Of a stretch of DNA of 64,000 nucleotides, positions 1-16,128 are shown one piece after another (within the stretch, counting starts at the first letter, position 1; each line of letters opens with the position of its first letter). Made by a program: the position numbers and the translations under genes. The notes under the pieces are model-generated. The model searched no databases. It was not told where the DNA came from and saw nothing but the letters and a program-made list of their open reading frames with translations. Source of the stretch: Octopus vulgaris (taxonomy: Eukaryota); contig OX597818.1 of assembly GCA_951406725.2 (NCBI GenBank), positions 33,046,001 to 33,110,000 on the forward strand, written 5' to 3'.

Positions 1-680
1 CAACACAGAATACTACACGCCACAAATACGTACCCAATCCTGCGCATGAGCGTAATGCTTAATTATGAATGTTTAGAAACACGCAGTAACACACACACGG
101 CCTATTTCTATCGCAGTTACAACATAAAAAAAAATCAACGCTCACACACACACACAACCTCACACACGGACAAACACATAAACACATATACGAGATATAT
201 GCACCCATATTATATCATTTAGAGAGGCAAGTATATTGATAAAGAAATAGATAGAATAATTTAATATATAGATATGTATTAATTCTGTGAATCTCTCTCT
301 CCTAATTTCTCTCTCCTTTTTCTCTCTCTCGCTATCTTTCATCACATATATATGTATGTATATATATGTGTGTGAAGCGCCCATATAAATGCTTGTATAC
401 ATCTACCCATGTGAAGACGCGTATACTGACGAGTATATATGTGTGCAAAAATATTTATATTAGTTTAATAGGAACCATAAAAGCACTAAACGAAGCTTTT
501 GACCTATTTAGTGTTTCTATTGCCTTACCTCGAATTCAGAGCTACCCCAAAACATATCTATGATACACATGTTCACATATATAAATGTGAACATATATAT
601 ATATACAAACATTCCCAAACCTGTACATATATATAAATATATGCATATATGTCTACATATATATGCATATATGTATGCGT

Positions 681-711
<31 letters not shown>

Positions 712-802
712 CATATATATATGCGTGTAAATATATGTGAGCGTGTATTGAGTGTATGTGTGTACACACATGCATACATACATACACACACATGTATATA
801 TC

Positions 803-843
<41 letters not shown>

Positions 844-1084
844 ATATATATCTATATATGCATATATATGTATGTGTGTATGTTTTATATACGTTGATAT
901 ATACCGATATATCAACGTGTGTGCGCATTTTTATAGTAGAATGACTCACATACAACTTAGAGCAAGTTTTATATTTTACCGAAATTGTTGAATGCCAGAA
1001 GCAGAACCCATGAAAGTGGGGCATATGTCCGATCATCTACGCTTGTGAAACTCTACAACATCATTTCGGAATTCAATGGTAATA

Positions 1085-1295
1085 TACTCTTTTTTCTCTT
1101 TTACTTGTTTCAGTCATTTCACAGCGTCCATGCTGGAGCACCGCCTTTAGTCGACCAAATCGACCCCAGGACTTGTTCTTTGTAAGCCTAGTACTTTTTC
1201 TATCGGTCTCTCTTGCCGAACCGCTAAGTTACGGAGACGTAAACACACCAGCATCGGTTGTCAAGCGATGTTGGGGGACAAACAGAGACACACAA

Positions 1296-1330
<35 letters not shown>

Positions 1331-1503
1331 TATATATATATATACATACATATATACGACGGGCTTCTTTCAGTTTGCGTCTACCAAATCCACTCACAAG
1401 GCCTATAGTAGAGAATACTTTCCCAAGGTTCCACGTGCTGGGAATGAACCCGGAAACATGTCGCTGGTTAGCAAGCTACTTACCACACAGCCACTCCTGC
1501 GCC
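1085..1503 (-). mobile_element. tRNA-derived SINE family A, near full length
   Basis: Reverse complement begins ggcgcaggagtggctgtgtggtaag (A box) ...gggttcattccc (B box), has an internal (TA)/(TG) tract and ends in a (gtaaaaga)-type tail. Confidence 0.9.
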
Positions 1504-1534
1504 TTTGTTTTAATTTTTTTTTGAAAACTTCTGT

Positions 1535-1617
<83 letters not shown>

Positions 1618-2072
1618 TATAAAGAAGCATTGGTTATAGTTTAAGCATTAAATTTGGGCCAACGACTTTACATACAACACCATCCCTCAAACATTTAATC
1701 ATATACTCCTTTATCTTCGTCTCACTTATATTTGAGCACTTCTTTTGCTGTCCTATAAAGCCATTTGTTTCAATTAGAAGAGACAAATCTTATTTCTTGT
1801 TGTACATATATAATACAAATAATTAGAAAGTGGAGAAAACCTCAGTTTAGCAAACATATCGACTAGACCATATTTATAGCTTTTTTTCTTAATGCAATAT
1901 GTTATGCGTTGTATTAAAATATATGCGACAAATGTGGTCCAATCGATGTGTTTGTTACTCTGAGGTTTTCTCCATTTTCAAATTATCTGCATTGGTCCCT
2001 GATAAACTCTTGTTTATTCTGTTGTTACCTTCACTGTACGTGTACGGTGTGCCTGCACACCAATTCCCGGGG

Positions 2073-2250
2073 ATAATACTGGTAACGGATACCGATAGTA
2101 TATACAGATATTTTATTCCTTAGTCGGATATTATAACCGTTAACTCTGCTTACACGATATTATATATCGTGTAAACAGAGTTAGCGGTTATAAAACCGAC
2201 CAAAGAATAAAATATCTGTATATACTATCGGTATCCGTTATCCGTATTAT
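2073..2250. repeat. Fold-back palindrome with ~88-bp arms
   Basis: ataatac...taacggataccgatagtatatacagatattttatt... is mirrored around ~2160. Confidence 0.92.
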
Positions 2251-3739
2251 ATATTAATGTGAGTGTATGTGTGCATGTGTGTGAAATGCAAATTCAAGGA
2301 ACTCCGGTCGACGAACTTCATTTCTGTATCTTTTATATATCAATCGATTCTTAATATATTTATTCTAAAAGAATCTTTGTTTTCCCCACCGGTTTCAATT
2401 AATTGAACGAGAAAATCATACTTCTGCAACTTAGAACATTCTAACTGTTGTAATAGCGTTCTTCAATTAAATATTTAACGTTATAATTATAAATCAAATA
2501 TGAAGTAATTCATTAATTATAACTTCCAGTGAATGCACTTTATTGATTTGGTGCTGTTATAGGTCTCTCTGCACATAGGCATAAATGAAAACTTTTAAAA
2601 TTTAACTGATATTTATCAGATTATATAATGATATACTCACAATATATAGCCTGGAGATTTACTCTCTGGTCAATGCTGCATCACTTGCAACTTATTCCAG
2701 TTTGTCCAATATAATTTTCATCACATGTTGAACATTTTATACAATACAGTTCATTACTTATACAACTAAAATAATTCATTGTTATGTGTTATTCTTTTGG
2801 CTTACTATACAATTTCATTACATCGGACAGGTTGATACATATTTCAAAGTAGAATCTCTCACTTTTCAAATACTGGTTCTCTTACGTTGAATATAATTTG
2901 AGATTTATTAACATTCTCCGTCGCGATATTTCTTGTTTTTATTAGATTAGTGTGGGTTTGTAAAACTCTATTCACTCCGCTATCCTTTTCAAGTATTTGC
3001 AGATTTTGACAAAGTAATACCAGAGGTTTTATATTTAGGATTGTGAATAAAGTCAAATAATTATTCAAGTATATTGTATTAGAATTTGAGTATCAATAGT
3101 CTTGGTTCGTTATTTACAGAATATATCAATAATATCTTTGAATATGAGAAGGTGCAGTCACACTAAAAGAAGCTGTATTGATCAACAAATTTTTCAGCAA
3201 AAGTCAAAACCAGAATTTTGTTTTTGTTTTCTAATTCTCATACTGTTTCGGTATATAAATACTCACGAAAATATTCGTCACTGACTTTCAGAATTCCGTG
3301 GTGGTTAAATGTTTGCTTGTGCGGTTGTGGCGTGTTACGCTTTCATTGCACGGTTTATTTAAACATCTTAAAACATCATCTTAAGTAGTACAGCTAGAAA
3401 AAAAATTCAAAACTTTCTGGTGAAACGTAATCACCAGAAGTCTGAGAAGATAATCACTGGTTGCGTTGTATGTGGCTTTTATTCCCCAAAGCTAAGCAGC
3501 CGATAATATAGGGTGCGTCAGAACGAAATCGACTTTCTGAGTTGTAGTTCATGTTTCATGCAGTCAACAGCAATTTTGAAATGTAATAAACCACGATGAA
3601 AGCCAATTTAAATTTGTCATTAATTTAGTACGAATTAAATTAATTTCTACTGGCATATTGTGGGGAAAATGCTTACAATGATAATTATAGCTGTAGTTCT
3701 AAGTAGTTATTGCAATATCACGTGGAGAGTCGGCCATTA

Positions 3740-3740
<1 letters not shown>

Positions 3741-3813
<73 letters not shown>

Positions 3814-3926
3814 GTCTCTCTGTCTATCTATCTATCTATCTGTCTATCTATCTAACTATCCTTCTAGCTATCTATCTATCAATCAATCTATGTATCTGTT
3901 TATCTGTCTATCTGTCTATCTATCAA

Positions 3927-3993
<67 letters not shown>

Positions 3994-4035
3994 AATGAAT
4001 CTATCTATCTCTCTGTTTATCTGTCTATCTGTCTG

Positions 4036-4090
<55 letters not shown>

Positions 4091-4210
4091 ATCTATCTAT
4101 CTGTCTGTCTATCTATCTATCAATCAATCAATCTATCTATATATATATATATATATCTATATGTATGTATATGTGGAGGGGAGAGTGAGAGAGAGAGAGA
4201 GAGAGAGAAA
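3741..4210. repeat. (TATC)n compound microsatellite
   Basis: Direct reading. Confidence 0.98.
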
Positions 4211-4884
4211 AGGGATTCATATTACTTAGTACTTATCTAAATATGTATACAAACGCATAAGTGTAACTAGTTTACGTACATTTACACTCATATATATATA
4301 GCAACAAAAACAGACATAAACCTACGGGTGTACATATATATACATAGATACAAACAAAGCTGCGTTCGGTTTCAACAAATAAACAAAATATTCCACTTCT
4401 CTTTAAATTCATTCGAACTGCTACACTTTTTCAGCAAGTGAAAAACAGATCTCAGTGTGAAATGAAATGGAAATATATATTTAATTACAATTTTCTTTAA
4501 GACATTTGTAGTAGCGTGACATCTACAATGAATCTAGGCATAGCTAATATCAAAGTATAAAAGTAAAAGAAACATCTCAAACATCGTAATTTATCGGTAA
4601 AATATAATATAGTTTAATAACAATATATGAAACGTCATTCCAGACTTCTTACTGTGCATCTATGATTGTGTTCTACACAAGATTAATCTGTTTCTTAATC
4701 TGTTTCTTAATCTTATCTTGAAGAACACAAAATTGCAATTGCGAAATAGAATATGTTGAGTACAGCATGATAGTGCTGCTTTATATATGTCATTTTGTAT
4801 TAGGATAAGGCAGTGCCAAATAGTTCTGAAAAATGCAAATTGTACGTCTTTCTTAGCACTCACGCAAGCGAGCATGCACGCAAC

Positions 4885-4991
<107 letters not shown>

Positions 4992-5060
4992 TACATAAAT
5001 ATATATATACGGGCATATGTATATATATACATATATGTATGTATGTATATACATATATAA

Positions 5061-5274
5061 TCTTTTCTACACGTGGCACAAGGCCCGAAATTTTGGGGGA
5101 AGGGGCCCACTCGATTAGATACACCCAAGTACGCAACTGATACTTAATTTATCGACCCCGAAAGGATGAAAGGTAAAGTCGGACTTGGCGGAATTTGAAC
5201 CCAGAACATAAAGACTGACGAAGTACCGTTAAGCATTTCGCCCGACGTGTTAACGTTTCTGCCAGCTCGCCGCC
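5061..5274 (-). mobile_element. tRNA-derived SINE family B
   Basis: Reverse complement reads ggcggcgagctggcagaaacgttaacac...gggttcaaattccgcc...cctttcatcctttcggggtcgataaattaagta. Confidence 0.9.
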
Positions 5275-5347
5275 TTATATATACACATATATAATGACAG
5301 ATATGAACGCCTTATGGGATCACCCTGCGTTTTATGTCCATAAAGCG

Positions 5348-5387
<40 letters not shown>

Positions 5388-7637
5388 CATATATTATATA
5401 TATACATACATGCATACATGCATACATATATGCATACATACATACATACATACATACATAATACATACATACATACATACATACATACATACATACACAC
5501 ATACATATTGTGGAGTCTCCTGTCGTTAGACGACGCATTAGGGTTCTGCAACTTCTTTTGTTACCATACAGCGATGTTTTGTTGATTGTGATGAAACGTT
5601 TGTGCTCACTTAAACTGATTCCCACTCAAAATCGACATTACTTGTACAGGTGCACGAGGTACCACATGTCACATGACGAAATGATAGCAGAGCAATTGCT
5701 CTAATGTGTACGAGGAAGAAAAATCAAATATGTTTCGAAGACAGATGCAGTGTAGTGTATTTGGCCGTTTACCAAAAGAAAGTGATGAACACTCAAACTT
5801 ATATGCATGCACTGAAGCTATTTCAGACGCTAGAATTCAGTTAATATGATTGTAAGGAATATGTAACAAATTGGAATGGACATAATCGCCCTTCTATCAA
5901 CCTCCTAAATCAAAATCAAAAGGACATCGAAATTATCCATTATAGTCTCAAAGTTGTTGCATTGTCCTTGTTATCTAGCACCAGTCACTTAGTCTGTTTA
6001 GGGCGTGCGCGTTGGAATGTCATCGAATAATCAAACAAAGCAAGCAAACCTGGTACACAGACAGACTGCGTTTCCGTTTATTTGACGAAGGACTGTTCAC
6101 TCCTACATGCAGAATTCCATGGTCAGTGTTGTTACATTTCTCTACTGCCTAGTCGCTTTTGATAAAATCATTGTCTAAACTGAAAGTGGTTTTCTTTAGT
6201 CATAAGTCGACCCTGACCAGGAAGACATACGATAAACGGTTCATCCATAACTATTTTCCTTTTTTCTTTTGTATCCTGGGCTACATTATCAAATACTTCA
6301 TTCCTTTTTGTAGATGACAGGGTGTAGTTTTAAGGAAATTTGATTGCTACTTTAAGCAGGTCGATCCACAACGTATATGATTTCTCATTGGTCGATTGCA
6401 TATATCTGTAGGTTCTGGTAGATCGGAAGAAGGTGACACAAGGGGAACTTAGACGAATGAGTTACAAAAACTATTTACTTCATAAATGACGTCCTTAATA
6501 CGTAAACAATATTAAATGAATCTTTAACACTTTTCGTACAATTAATCCCCCTTATTCCCCTTTAAATATACCACGTACAATACTTAACATTTTGTACTTT
6601 GTACACAACTGATACACCACGCTATATAGGTTAGAGTATTTTAGCACGATTTAACCAGAATGTTTTATTCGCCATTAAATACAAGGCTACTGAGTAGAAC
6701 TTACTTTTAAAGAGAACACAAACACAAAAACCCAGTTATAATTGTAATTACATAGTTTTTTCTATAACAATTGACTGAGATAATTTTGTATATTTTGCCG
6801 GAGGTGGTTAGGTAAAGTTCTGATCAGATGAATAACCTATTGTCTGTCTTGTGTTATCTCACCGTATTTTAATGTCTCGAGTGTATTTTAAGAAATTTTC
6901 ATAAAAAGCCTTCGTTAGATTTTGCCAAGAAATGAAGAATAATTGATTTACGAACCATTAAGTTATTTCTTGCATTTCTACAATTATTCTTCAGTTGTTC
7001 TTGTTTCTCTTCTATTTATTGTTATTGATATTATTTCTTACGTTAGTTGATTTTTATGGTGGCTGTTGCGCTTAATCATAATGTCTTATTTTGCATTGTT
7101 GTTGTTGCTATTGTCTTCGTTGTTTTTCCCTCATGGTGGTAGATAGTTATGGTGCTAAATGTTCAATTTATTTCTTGAATGATGCGGCTGTTAATAAGAT
7201 TTTGTTTTGTTATTGATGATGCAGTAATTTTTTTTTCTATCATTAATTAACACCATACTGGACTGTTATAAAAGTTCTGTTGTGGTTCTCAGTTTGTTGC
7301 AGTCATTTCATTTATATCAGAAAGCAACGAAGAAGGGGAAGAGGGTAAAGAGGGAGATAGATGGGTGGAAAAAAGATGGAACAATATCAATGATGTAGAC
7401 AACCATAATAACAGAAATAGTAAGAAATGCTAGCGATGGAGATGGAGTAATGATGGTGGTCATGCTGGTGACGATGGCACTTATAGTGCTGATACATGCT
7501 GGCGGTAACTGTTGTGATAATAGTGTATATGATGTTAATATTCTTCATAGCGAGAGTACAAGTGATGCTGGTGATGAGGTTGGAGGGAGGTGGTTGTGGT
7601 TCTAATGGTGTTTAAGATAATGATAGGTGTGGTGATA

Positions 7638-7851
7638 TACACTTTTTACTCTTTTACTTGTTTCAGTCATTTGACTGCGGCCATGCTGGAGCACCGCCTT
7701 TAGTCAAGCAGATCGGCCCCAGGACTTATTATTTGGAAGCCTAGTACTTATTCTATAGGTCTCCTTTGCCGAACCACTATGTTACGAGGACATAAACACA
7801 CCACCATCGGTCGTCAAGCAATGTTGGGGCGACAAACACAGACACGCAAAC

Positions 7852-7897
<46 letters not shown>

Positions 7898-8058
7898 GAC
7901 GGGCTTCTTTCAGTTTCCGTCTAGCATATCCACTCACAAGGCTTTGGTCAGCCGAGGCTATAGTAGAAGACACTTGCACAAGGTGCCAAGTAGTGGGACT
8001 GAACCCGGAACCATGTGGTTGGTAAGCCAGCTATTTACCACACAGCCACTCCTGTGCC
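7638..8058 (-). mobile_element. SINE family A, full length
   Basis: Colinear with 1085-1503. Confidence 0.9.
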
Positions 8059-8363
8059 TATATGTAGCAGTCGTTTGGTAAAATTATGCTTTGTGTTGTT
8101 ATTGATGCAGACGATGGTAGTATAGTAATAAAATGGTGTTGCTGTTGTTATTAGTAGCTCTGTTGATATGTATGACTTTCATATAATTTATTGCACATCC
8201 ACTAACAATATATATATATATATATATATATCTTCGTTATGTTTCACTTTCCTTCCGTTAAATGTAATGTTGTTTCTAATTGGAAACATCTTTTCTGTAG
8301 CTATACTAACGGAGTTATTTTTAGCACTAGAGCTATCCACATAGTGGTAACTCTCTAATAATT

Positions 8364-8429
<66 letters not shown>

Positions 8430-8896
8430 CACACATTTATGAAGCGCCGTTTCAGATAACCAAGCTGTGAATGAACCTCTACCACAATATGAGCGCCTTT
8501 TATTATAGTATAAATCCAAGATCTGCAAGGAAATTAACTGCTGTTTATTTACTCAGAAATATATAACCATGAAACTGATCATTTACTCTGAATACATCTT
8601 ACTGTCCCAACGTCAGCATTTTCTTGTTTTCGTTGTTGCTGTAGTTGCTCCTGCTGTGGATAATGTTTAGATATAGGGCAGCTGTATCTCGCAAACCTAT
8701 GATCAAAGGCATTGTAACTCTTCACATTATACTTTATTACTTGTATAAAGATCTATATTATCTGGTTTATTACTGTTACTATTCTTCTTCTTCTTCTTCT
8801 TCTTCTTCTTCTTCTTCTTCTTCTTCTTCTTCTTCTTCTTCTTCTTCTTCTTCTTCTTCTTCTTCTTCTTCTTCTTCTTCTTCTTCTTCTTCTTCT

Positions 8897-9057
8897 TTCA
8901 GTCAGGACTCACGCCATTAGCCACAAAGAATAATCTCTAATTCGAACCTTCTCTAAGCTACTAAGAATGGAAATGGCAACTTGAAGATCCCCCACTACCA
9001 CCACACGCGATAGACTGGCGGTTGCACGGGTGCGAAAGCTACGTTATCCTCATTCCT
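8897..9057 (-). mobile_element. 3' fragment of SINE family C inside (TTC)n
   Basis: Reverse complement of ~42643-42800; flanked by TTC repeats. Confidence 0.8.
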
Positions 9058-9066
9058 GCGTACATT

Positions 9067-9097
<31 letters not shown>

Positions 9098-9124
9098 TTA
9101 TTATTATTATTATTATTATTATTC

Positions 9125-9234
<110 letters not shown>

Positions 9235-9790
9235 GAGTGAGAGAGCAGTGCATGCCATCAAAATGACACTGGGGTTAAATATACAAAGCCCAGTATAGCC
9301 ATCATGACTACCCGTCTGATAAGGGTACACTAGGCACATGCATCAAAACCATATGTGCGCGACATGGTGATCTCATATCATGATCAACAGCACATGACCT
9401 TGCAGGTGGGGCCCAGTTAGTATTTTCTTCTGGTTGAGTAACCCATCCTGCTCTAAAGGTCCCTGAATGAGGGGTGTTTAAGGATGTTAAACGAAACACC
9501 AATGTTTCAAGAGGTGAATTATTCAAACTCCAACGAATCACTCTCAGCACATGGCAATGATGCTCCCCCACTAATTCTGCTCATGATCAGAGATGCACAT
9601 ATCGTCAGCCACTAAGGGACATGCTCAACTGGTTAAGGTCAAACAACTGACAAGCAAATCTGAGGTATTGAGCAGAATATTTGCTGTATCCCATCTTTTA
9701 TACCGAGACAAAACAATGTACATGATAACACTTCCAGTCAGTTAAGATCAGAAGCCACGAGAGCCACTGCCTGGTACTGAATCAAGGCAT
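9235..9790. mobile_element. ~555-bp non-coding insert bounded by (TTA)n on both sides; probable non-autonomous, microsatellite-targeted retroelement
   Basis: Complex sequence cleanly embedded in TTA repeats with no credible ORF; family not assigned. Confidence 0.5.
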
Positions 9791-9830
9791 TATTATTATT
9801 ATTGTTGTTGTTGTTGTTGTTGTTATTAAA

Positions 9831-10127
<297 letters not shown>

Positions 10128-10142
10128 CATTATTATTATTAT

Positions 10143-10612
<470 letters not shown>

Positions 10613-10657
10613 AGAAGCAGATAGACCCGGTTTCACTCGGGTTATAAACCTAAACAC

Positions 10658-10751
<94 letters not shown>

Positions 10752-11174
10752 TGAAACAGAAGTAGACAGAAACGAGTGCAAACCTGACTCATTTGCCGTT
10801 CGTGAAGACTACATTAAAACAAAACATTTGCCCCAATATTAACGAAGCACTATGCTCGAAGACCTTGATTGGATTATTGTATCGTTCTACGGATTAATTG
10901 CATCATCCAACTACAGATGCAATCTACCCATCTAGCTTACCGCATGCATTTTCCTTTCACACAGTTTCATTCAAGAGTTGGGATGGACGGATATACGTAA
11001 TAAATAAATAAATAATTTAAATACAGACGATAGTTTATGATACTGTACACTAAGATCGAACGTGAGCTATGTATTTTCAAAATTTATTGCCTAACTACAT
11101 GGAAGCTCTTGTGTATTCAGAATCGAATTAGTACTCTTGTTGTTAAAAGTGATATTATTGATCTTGTTATGGAT

Positions 11175-11385
11175 GCGAGGTGGCAGGATTGTTATCACGC
11201 CGCGCAAAATGCTCAGCGGTGTTTCGCCTGTCTTTATGCTCTGAGTTCAGATCCCGCTGCGGTAAACTATGTATTTCTTTCTTTCGAGGTCGATAAAATA
11301 AGAACCTGTTGATTACCGGGGTCGATGTAATCGATATCACCCTCCTAAGAAATTACTGTCCTTATGCCAAAATCTGAAAACATTA
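11175..11385 (+). mobile_element. SINE family B, degenerate
   Basis: Diverged match to the family B body. Confidence 0.7.
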
Positions 11386-11718
11386 TTGACCTTGTTTAGC
11401 CCAAGTTAGCATGACTGAGTAGATCAACTTAAGGGAAGCCCTCATTTTATCGAGGTCTTTATTCTTCAAAGATTTCATAACGGTAGAGTTATGTGATTTG
11501 ATGAAATTTAATTGTTACATAAAATAAGGTGGCGAAAAGTTGCTGGCTTTGAGTAAAAATTAATACCGGAATGTCAGTCAGTCAATTATGATTTTATTCA
11601 CACATTTATTGCATCAGTCCTTCAGTTTTTCTAAGCCCTGTAAAAGAATTCGGAAGGTTGGGCCTCCAAACAGGCCTATCACGATAGCCTTAAAGCCATC
11701 AACTTTTGAGAACTCCAC

Positions 11719-11766
<48 letters not shown>

Positions 11767-11959
11767 ATATATATATATATATATTCAATGTGTGACCGCG
11801 TGCGTATTTTTGGCGATATTTTCCTCCGTCCTCCCTTCCTTCTTTCCTTCCTTTCTGAGTGTCCAATAACACACTATACTTGTTCCACGTCCTCGCGTTG
11901 TTGTGTTTTCTCTTTGTGTTTTCATGTTTGGATTGACTATATATATATATATATATATG

Positions 11960-12155
11960 TAAAGGCCAGCAAGTTAGTTAAGTTCGTCAATTTTATCCAT
12001 TCCAATGCTCAAACTGGTACTTATTTTATCGACCACGAGAGAATGAACGGCAAAGTCGACCTCAGCGCAATTTGAACTCAGAATATAAAAAAAGCACAAA
12101 ACGAAATGCCGCTAAGCAAGCTGCCCGGCGTTCTAATAATTCTGCCTGCTCACTG
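11960..12155 (-). mobile_element. SINE family B, degenerate
   Basis: ctggtacttattttatcgacc...ggcaaagtcgacctcagcgcaatttgaactcagaa. Confidence 0.75.
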
Positions 12156-12184
12156 CTTTAATCGGTCTTATTGGCTTCGAACAA

Positions 12185-12620
12185 GGCGGCGAGATGGCAA
12201 AATTGTTAGCACACTGGTTAAAACACTTAGCGGAATTTCGTCTGTCCTTACGTTCTGAGTTCAAATTTCTCGGGGGTCCACTATGCTTTTCATCCTTTCG
12301 GGGTCGGAAAAATAAATACGAGTTGAGCACTGAGGTCGATGAAATCGACTTAGCCCCTGTCCCTATATTTATGGCTTTGTTCTAAAATTTGGTAGGTATA
12401 TTGATTTCGAATAATATTAAGGTGGTGAGGTGACAGAATCATGCACCGGAAAAATGCGTAGCGGCATTTCTTCAGATTCTACGCACTAAGTTCAAATGTT
12501 GCCGGAGACCGCTTTCATTCTTTGGGAGTCAATAGAATAAGTAACAACTCAGCACTAGGGTCGATGTAATCGACGAAACCTCTTCCCCAAAGCTGCTAGC
12601 ATTAGAGCAAATTTTGAAAT
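12185..12620 (+). mobile_element. Two consecutive SINE family B copies (~12185-12395 and ~12420-12620)
   Basis: Both show the ggcg(a)g.tg.cagaa head, a B box and the gtcgat body. Confidence 0.75.
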
Positions 12621-13926
12621 CCATAATGCGAACAATATTATATCTTAATTCCGCTCACCATAATATTAATTACTAGTCATTAACAGATTTTGTGGCATTA
12701 AAGACGCACTCACTTTCAAAAAAAAAAAAAATTAATCACTCCGGGTCTTTTACGCGAAGTTGCTCTTCCCACAAGCTTAAATGCACTAAAAAGTTTTCCT
12801 CTTGAATGTACGCTGCTGAAATATGTCTGTACCTCTTTTATGCTTTTCTGGTGTGTTCTTCTTCAGATCAATAGGTTCAAGGTCTCACATCAAGGTGGGA
12901 AACGCAAAAGGGGGAAGACGTGTTAAACTCTCTCTTTCACTCTCTTTCACCAAAAGCCAATCACATACGATTGATCATTGAAAACGTGATTATACTGGCA
13001 GTGTTCCAGCATGGCCACAACCTTAATGCTGAGACATATAATAGAATAAAAAGAATAAAAGTATATAGCGGTGTTAATATTGTTTATTCTGTTGTTAGAA
13101 ATCGTTCTTTTCCTTTATGTGATCAGAAAGTACGTGATAATCAAAGTAATCTGATGCACAGATGGAAAGTGTTTATTATAATAATTGCAATGGAAGGACG
13201 TTATATTCTAACTCTAAGTTGCTGTAGAATATTGAAATCACGTGTATCAGTGTTCCAGTTCAAATCTCAGGTCAAAATTTGACTTACAAATGTCTCTTGA
13301 TAAAATAAGCACCTGGTAGATAGGTAACTGGTGTCTGTCGATTAAGCCATTTGATTCCAGTTATGCAAATTTGTCGTCTCACGGAAATAATATAGGATTT
13401 CACAGCTAACATCCGGTAATCTATCTGCTAGAGACACCAGTTAAATATCTTTTAAATCACATCCCACAGGTTTAGAATAGGGGAAGAGAAATTACACCAT
13501 GTATTAAAAGACACCTCTTCAAAGATGAAATGGCCGCGGTTGGAAAATCTTTCATCAGGAGTGAGAGACGTGACGGTTACCACCAACCTCGTATCATGAT
13601 ATGGTTTAAAGAAACTCATTCATGTCACTTATATCCTATTTCCTCCTTTATTCTTTAGCTTCTCTGTCTTTGACACAAAGGCAAAGGAAGGAAAGCAAAA
13701 GAAAGAAAAGAACTAATATATGTTGCCACTTCTTTTTACCACTAGGCTATCACTTTGAATAAAGATGTACCTACCATTACAATCTTGATCTGTGGAAACA
13801 ATTAGCTGCTATTTATAACAATTCGAGTAGCTGCGTAGATAGAATGTATGCCTCGATTGACTAAGTCAGCTGTACGCTAGAATATGCAAACATAAATACA
13901 TAGATACATACTTTCATATATGACAG

Positions 13927-14088
13927 GGGTATTTTTTGTAGATATGCCCCAAGAATTGCTTACCCATTAGTGTTATCTATAGACAGCGCTCGACCAAACA
14001 AAAGGTTCGATAAAAATTTGGCCGAACGCAACTTATAGATAATTCTCATAGATAAGCAATTCTTGGGAACATCCACAAACAATATCCC
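13927..14088. repeat. Degenerate inverted repeat (MITE-like)
   Basis: cccaagaattgctta/taagcaattcttggg and ttatctata/tatagataa pairings. Confidence 0.8.
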
Positions 14089-14931
14089 AATCCCCGCAAG
14101 ATATATATGTGTGGGTGGATGGGGGGGTGCTAATGTTAAAATTTTTATCCAACCTTTACGTTGGGTCTGGGTCTCTTGTTAATGATTTTAAAGCCACACC
14201 TAGATGAAATACGCCTTTCAACTTTGTGAGGCTTATAAAAGAACCATATGGCCAGTGTTGTGAACTGGTAAAATATTTTTGTGTTAAAAATATGTAGAAG
14301 CTTTCACAGCTGAATGTCTTCTGAGTTCAAAACTCTCCCACTGTCACCGGTAAAAAAGAAACAAAGAGAAAGTTTAGGAAACCTTTAATCAAATACCCAA
14401 TTATTTCAGCTCATCTGTATAGTTCATTTTATCCTTGGCTATGCAGGAGTCCCGACTTAATTAATTTTCTATCAATTTCGCTGTTGCTTTATATTCGGTG
14501 TGTACCCTTGCAGTGTTTGCTGGGCCGCAATCGTCATTAGGATTTTATAGTTTGTCCTTTTTAATGTTTCAGTACAGGTTTGTTTTGTATTTCCGAATCC
14601 TTCAAGTACGTTGTGACAATTTGAATACGCCTAAACATCAGACTGGTCCCATACGGTGATTTTGCTGGAGATTTTGAAGGTGGGGGTTTTTGGTATCAGA
14701 CAGTATCTACTAGTTCGTGCGTTAAAATTTTCTCTAATGCTGAAGTTTGGAATATACTTACATTGGTTTAAAACTACAAGTTTTGTGAACGAATTTCCTG
14801 TCTCCGAATTACGAAGATAGCTAAGATTTGAGTCCTTGTTTCGTTGATAAATGGAAATTTATATATACGTGTGTGTCTGTGTCTGTGTGTGCGTGTGCGT
14901 ACATCTATGTGTGTATATGTGTAGTGTGTGC

Positions 14932-15054
<123 letters not shown>

Positions 15055-15058
15055 ATGT

Positions 15059-15116
<58 letters not shown>

Positions 15117-15857
15117 GTATATATATGTATGTATGTATGTATACATATATATATGTATATATTGATACATATGTGTGTGTGTGTGTGAAGGTGTATTTGC
15201 TCGTCTAAGTGTGTGAGCTTACGGTTAAATTACTGTGTGCGAATTTGTACTCCTAAATATTTATGAATTTTATCTTTCGATTTAATGCAACTCTGTTTTA
15301 TCTAAAATTCTCTCTTAAATTTTGAGTAAATCATAGAATCTTGTCAGAGAGAAGTCACATGTTGGGGCTTCCTGAATTTCCTTCTATAACAGTTTGAACG
15401 CTGCCACGAAGATCATTGTAATGAAATGTGGATGTTATTTATGGATATGTAGATATATCATCACTACGTCAATGTATGAAATTGTATGTTGTAAATCAGC
15501 AGATGCGCAGCATAATAACACAGTGATAGGCAGACAGACAGACACATACGGACGCATTTAGGCACACCAACAAACGGACAAACACATACATTATCAAAGA
15601 ACATCACATATGTATATGTAATTCATATAGAAATGCGGCCAACGAAGTGTCCATTTTGATTTTGCATCTATTCCTTTGTATGTGTGTGTATATGCGTGTG
15701 TACGTATATGTATATATAAGTGTGTGTATGTGTGCCTCGGTATGTGTGTGTGCGTGGGTCTGTGTGTCTGTGTGTGTGTTTGTGTGTGTTTATATGTGTA
15801 CGCAAATGCAAACATATATGTGAAACTATATGTATTTGTAAACATGCATATATATAC

Positions 15858-15912
<55 letters not shown>

Positions 15913-16088
15913 CGTGTGTGTGTATAGGTAAATATAAATTCTATATATTTATATGAACATATATATACATACATATATGTGTATCTGTGAGTAAGCATAT
16001 GTGCACGCACACAAATACACAGACACACATAGCTTACATATATGCACGAATGCACCCACATTTTATGAGCTTCACGATAATGGGAGAT

Positions 16089-16128
<40 letters not shown>

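Noticed and set aside
11785-11938. TA-flanked insert (and a similar one at ~49800-49990) as a ribozyme carrier
   Set aside because: These are probably retroelement end fragments, but no hammerhead core is visible in these copies.
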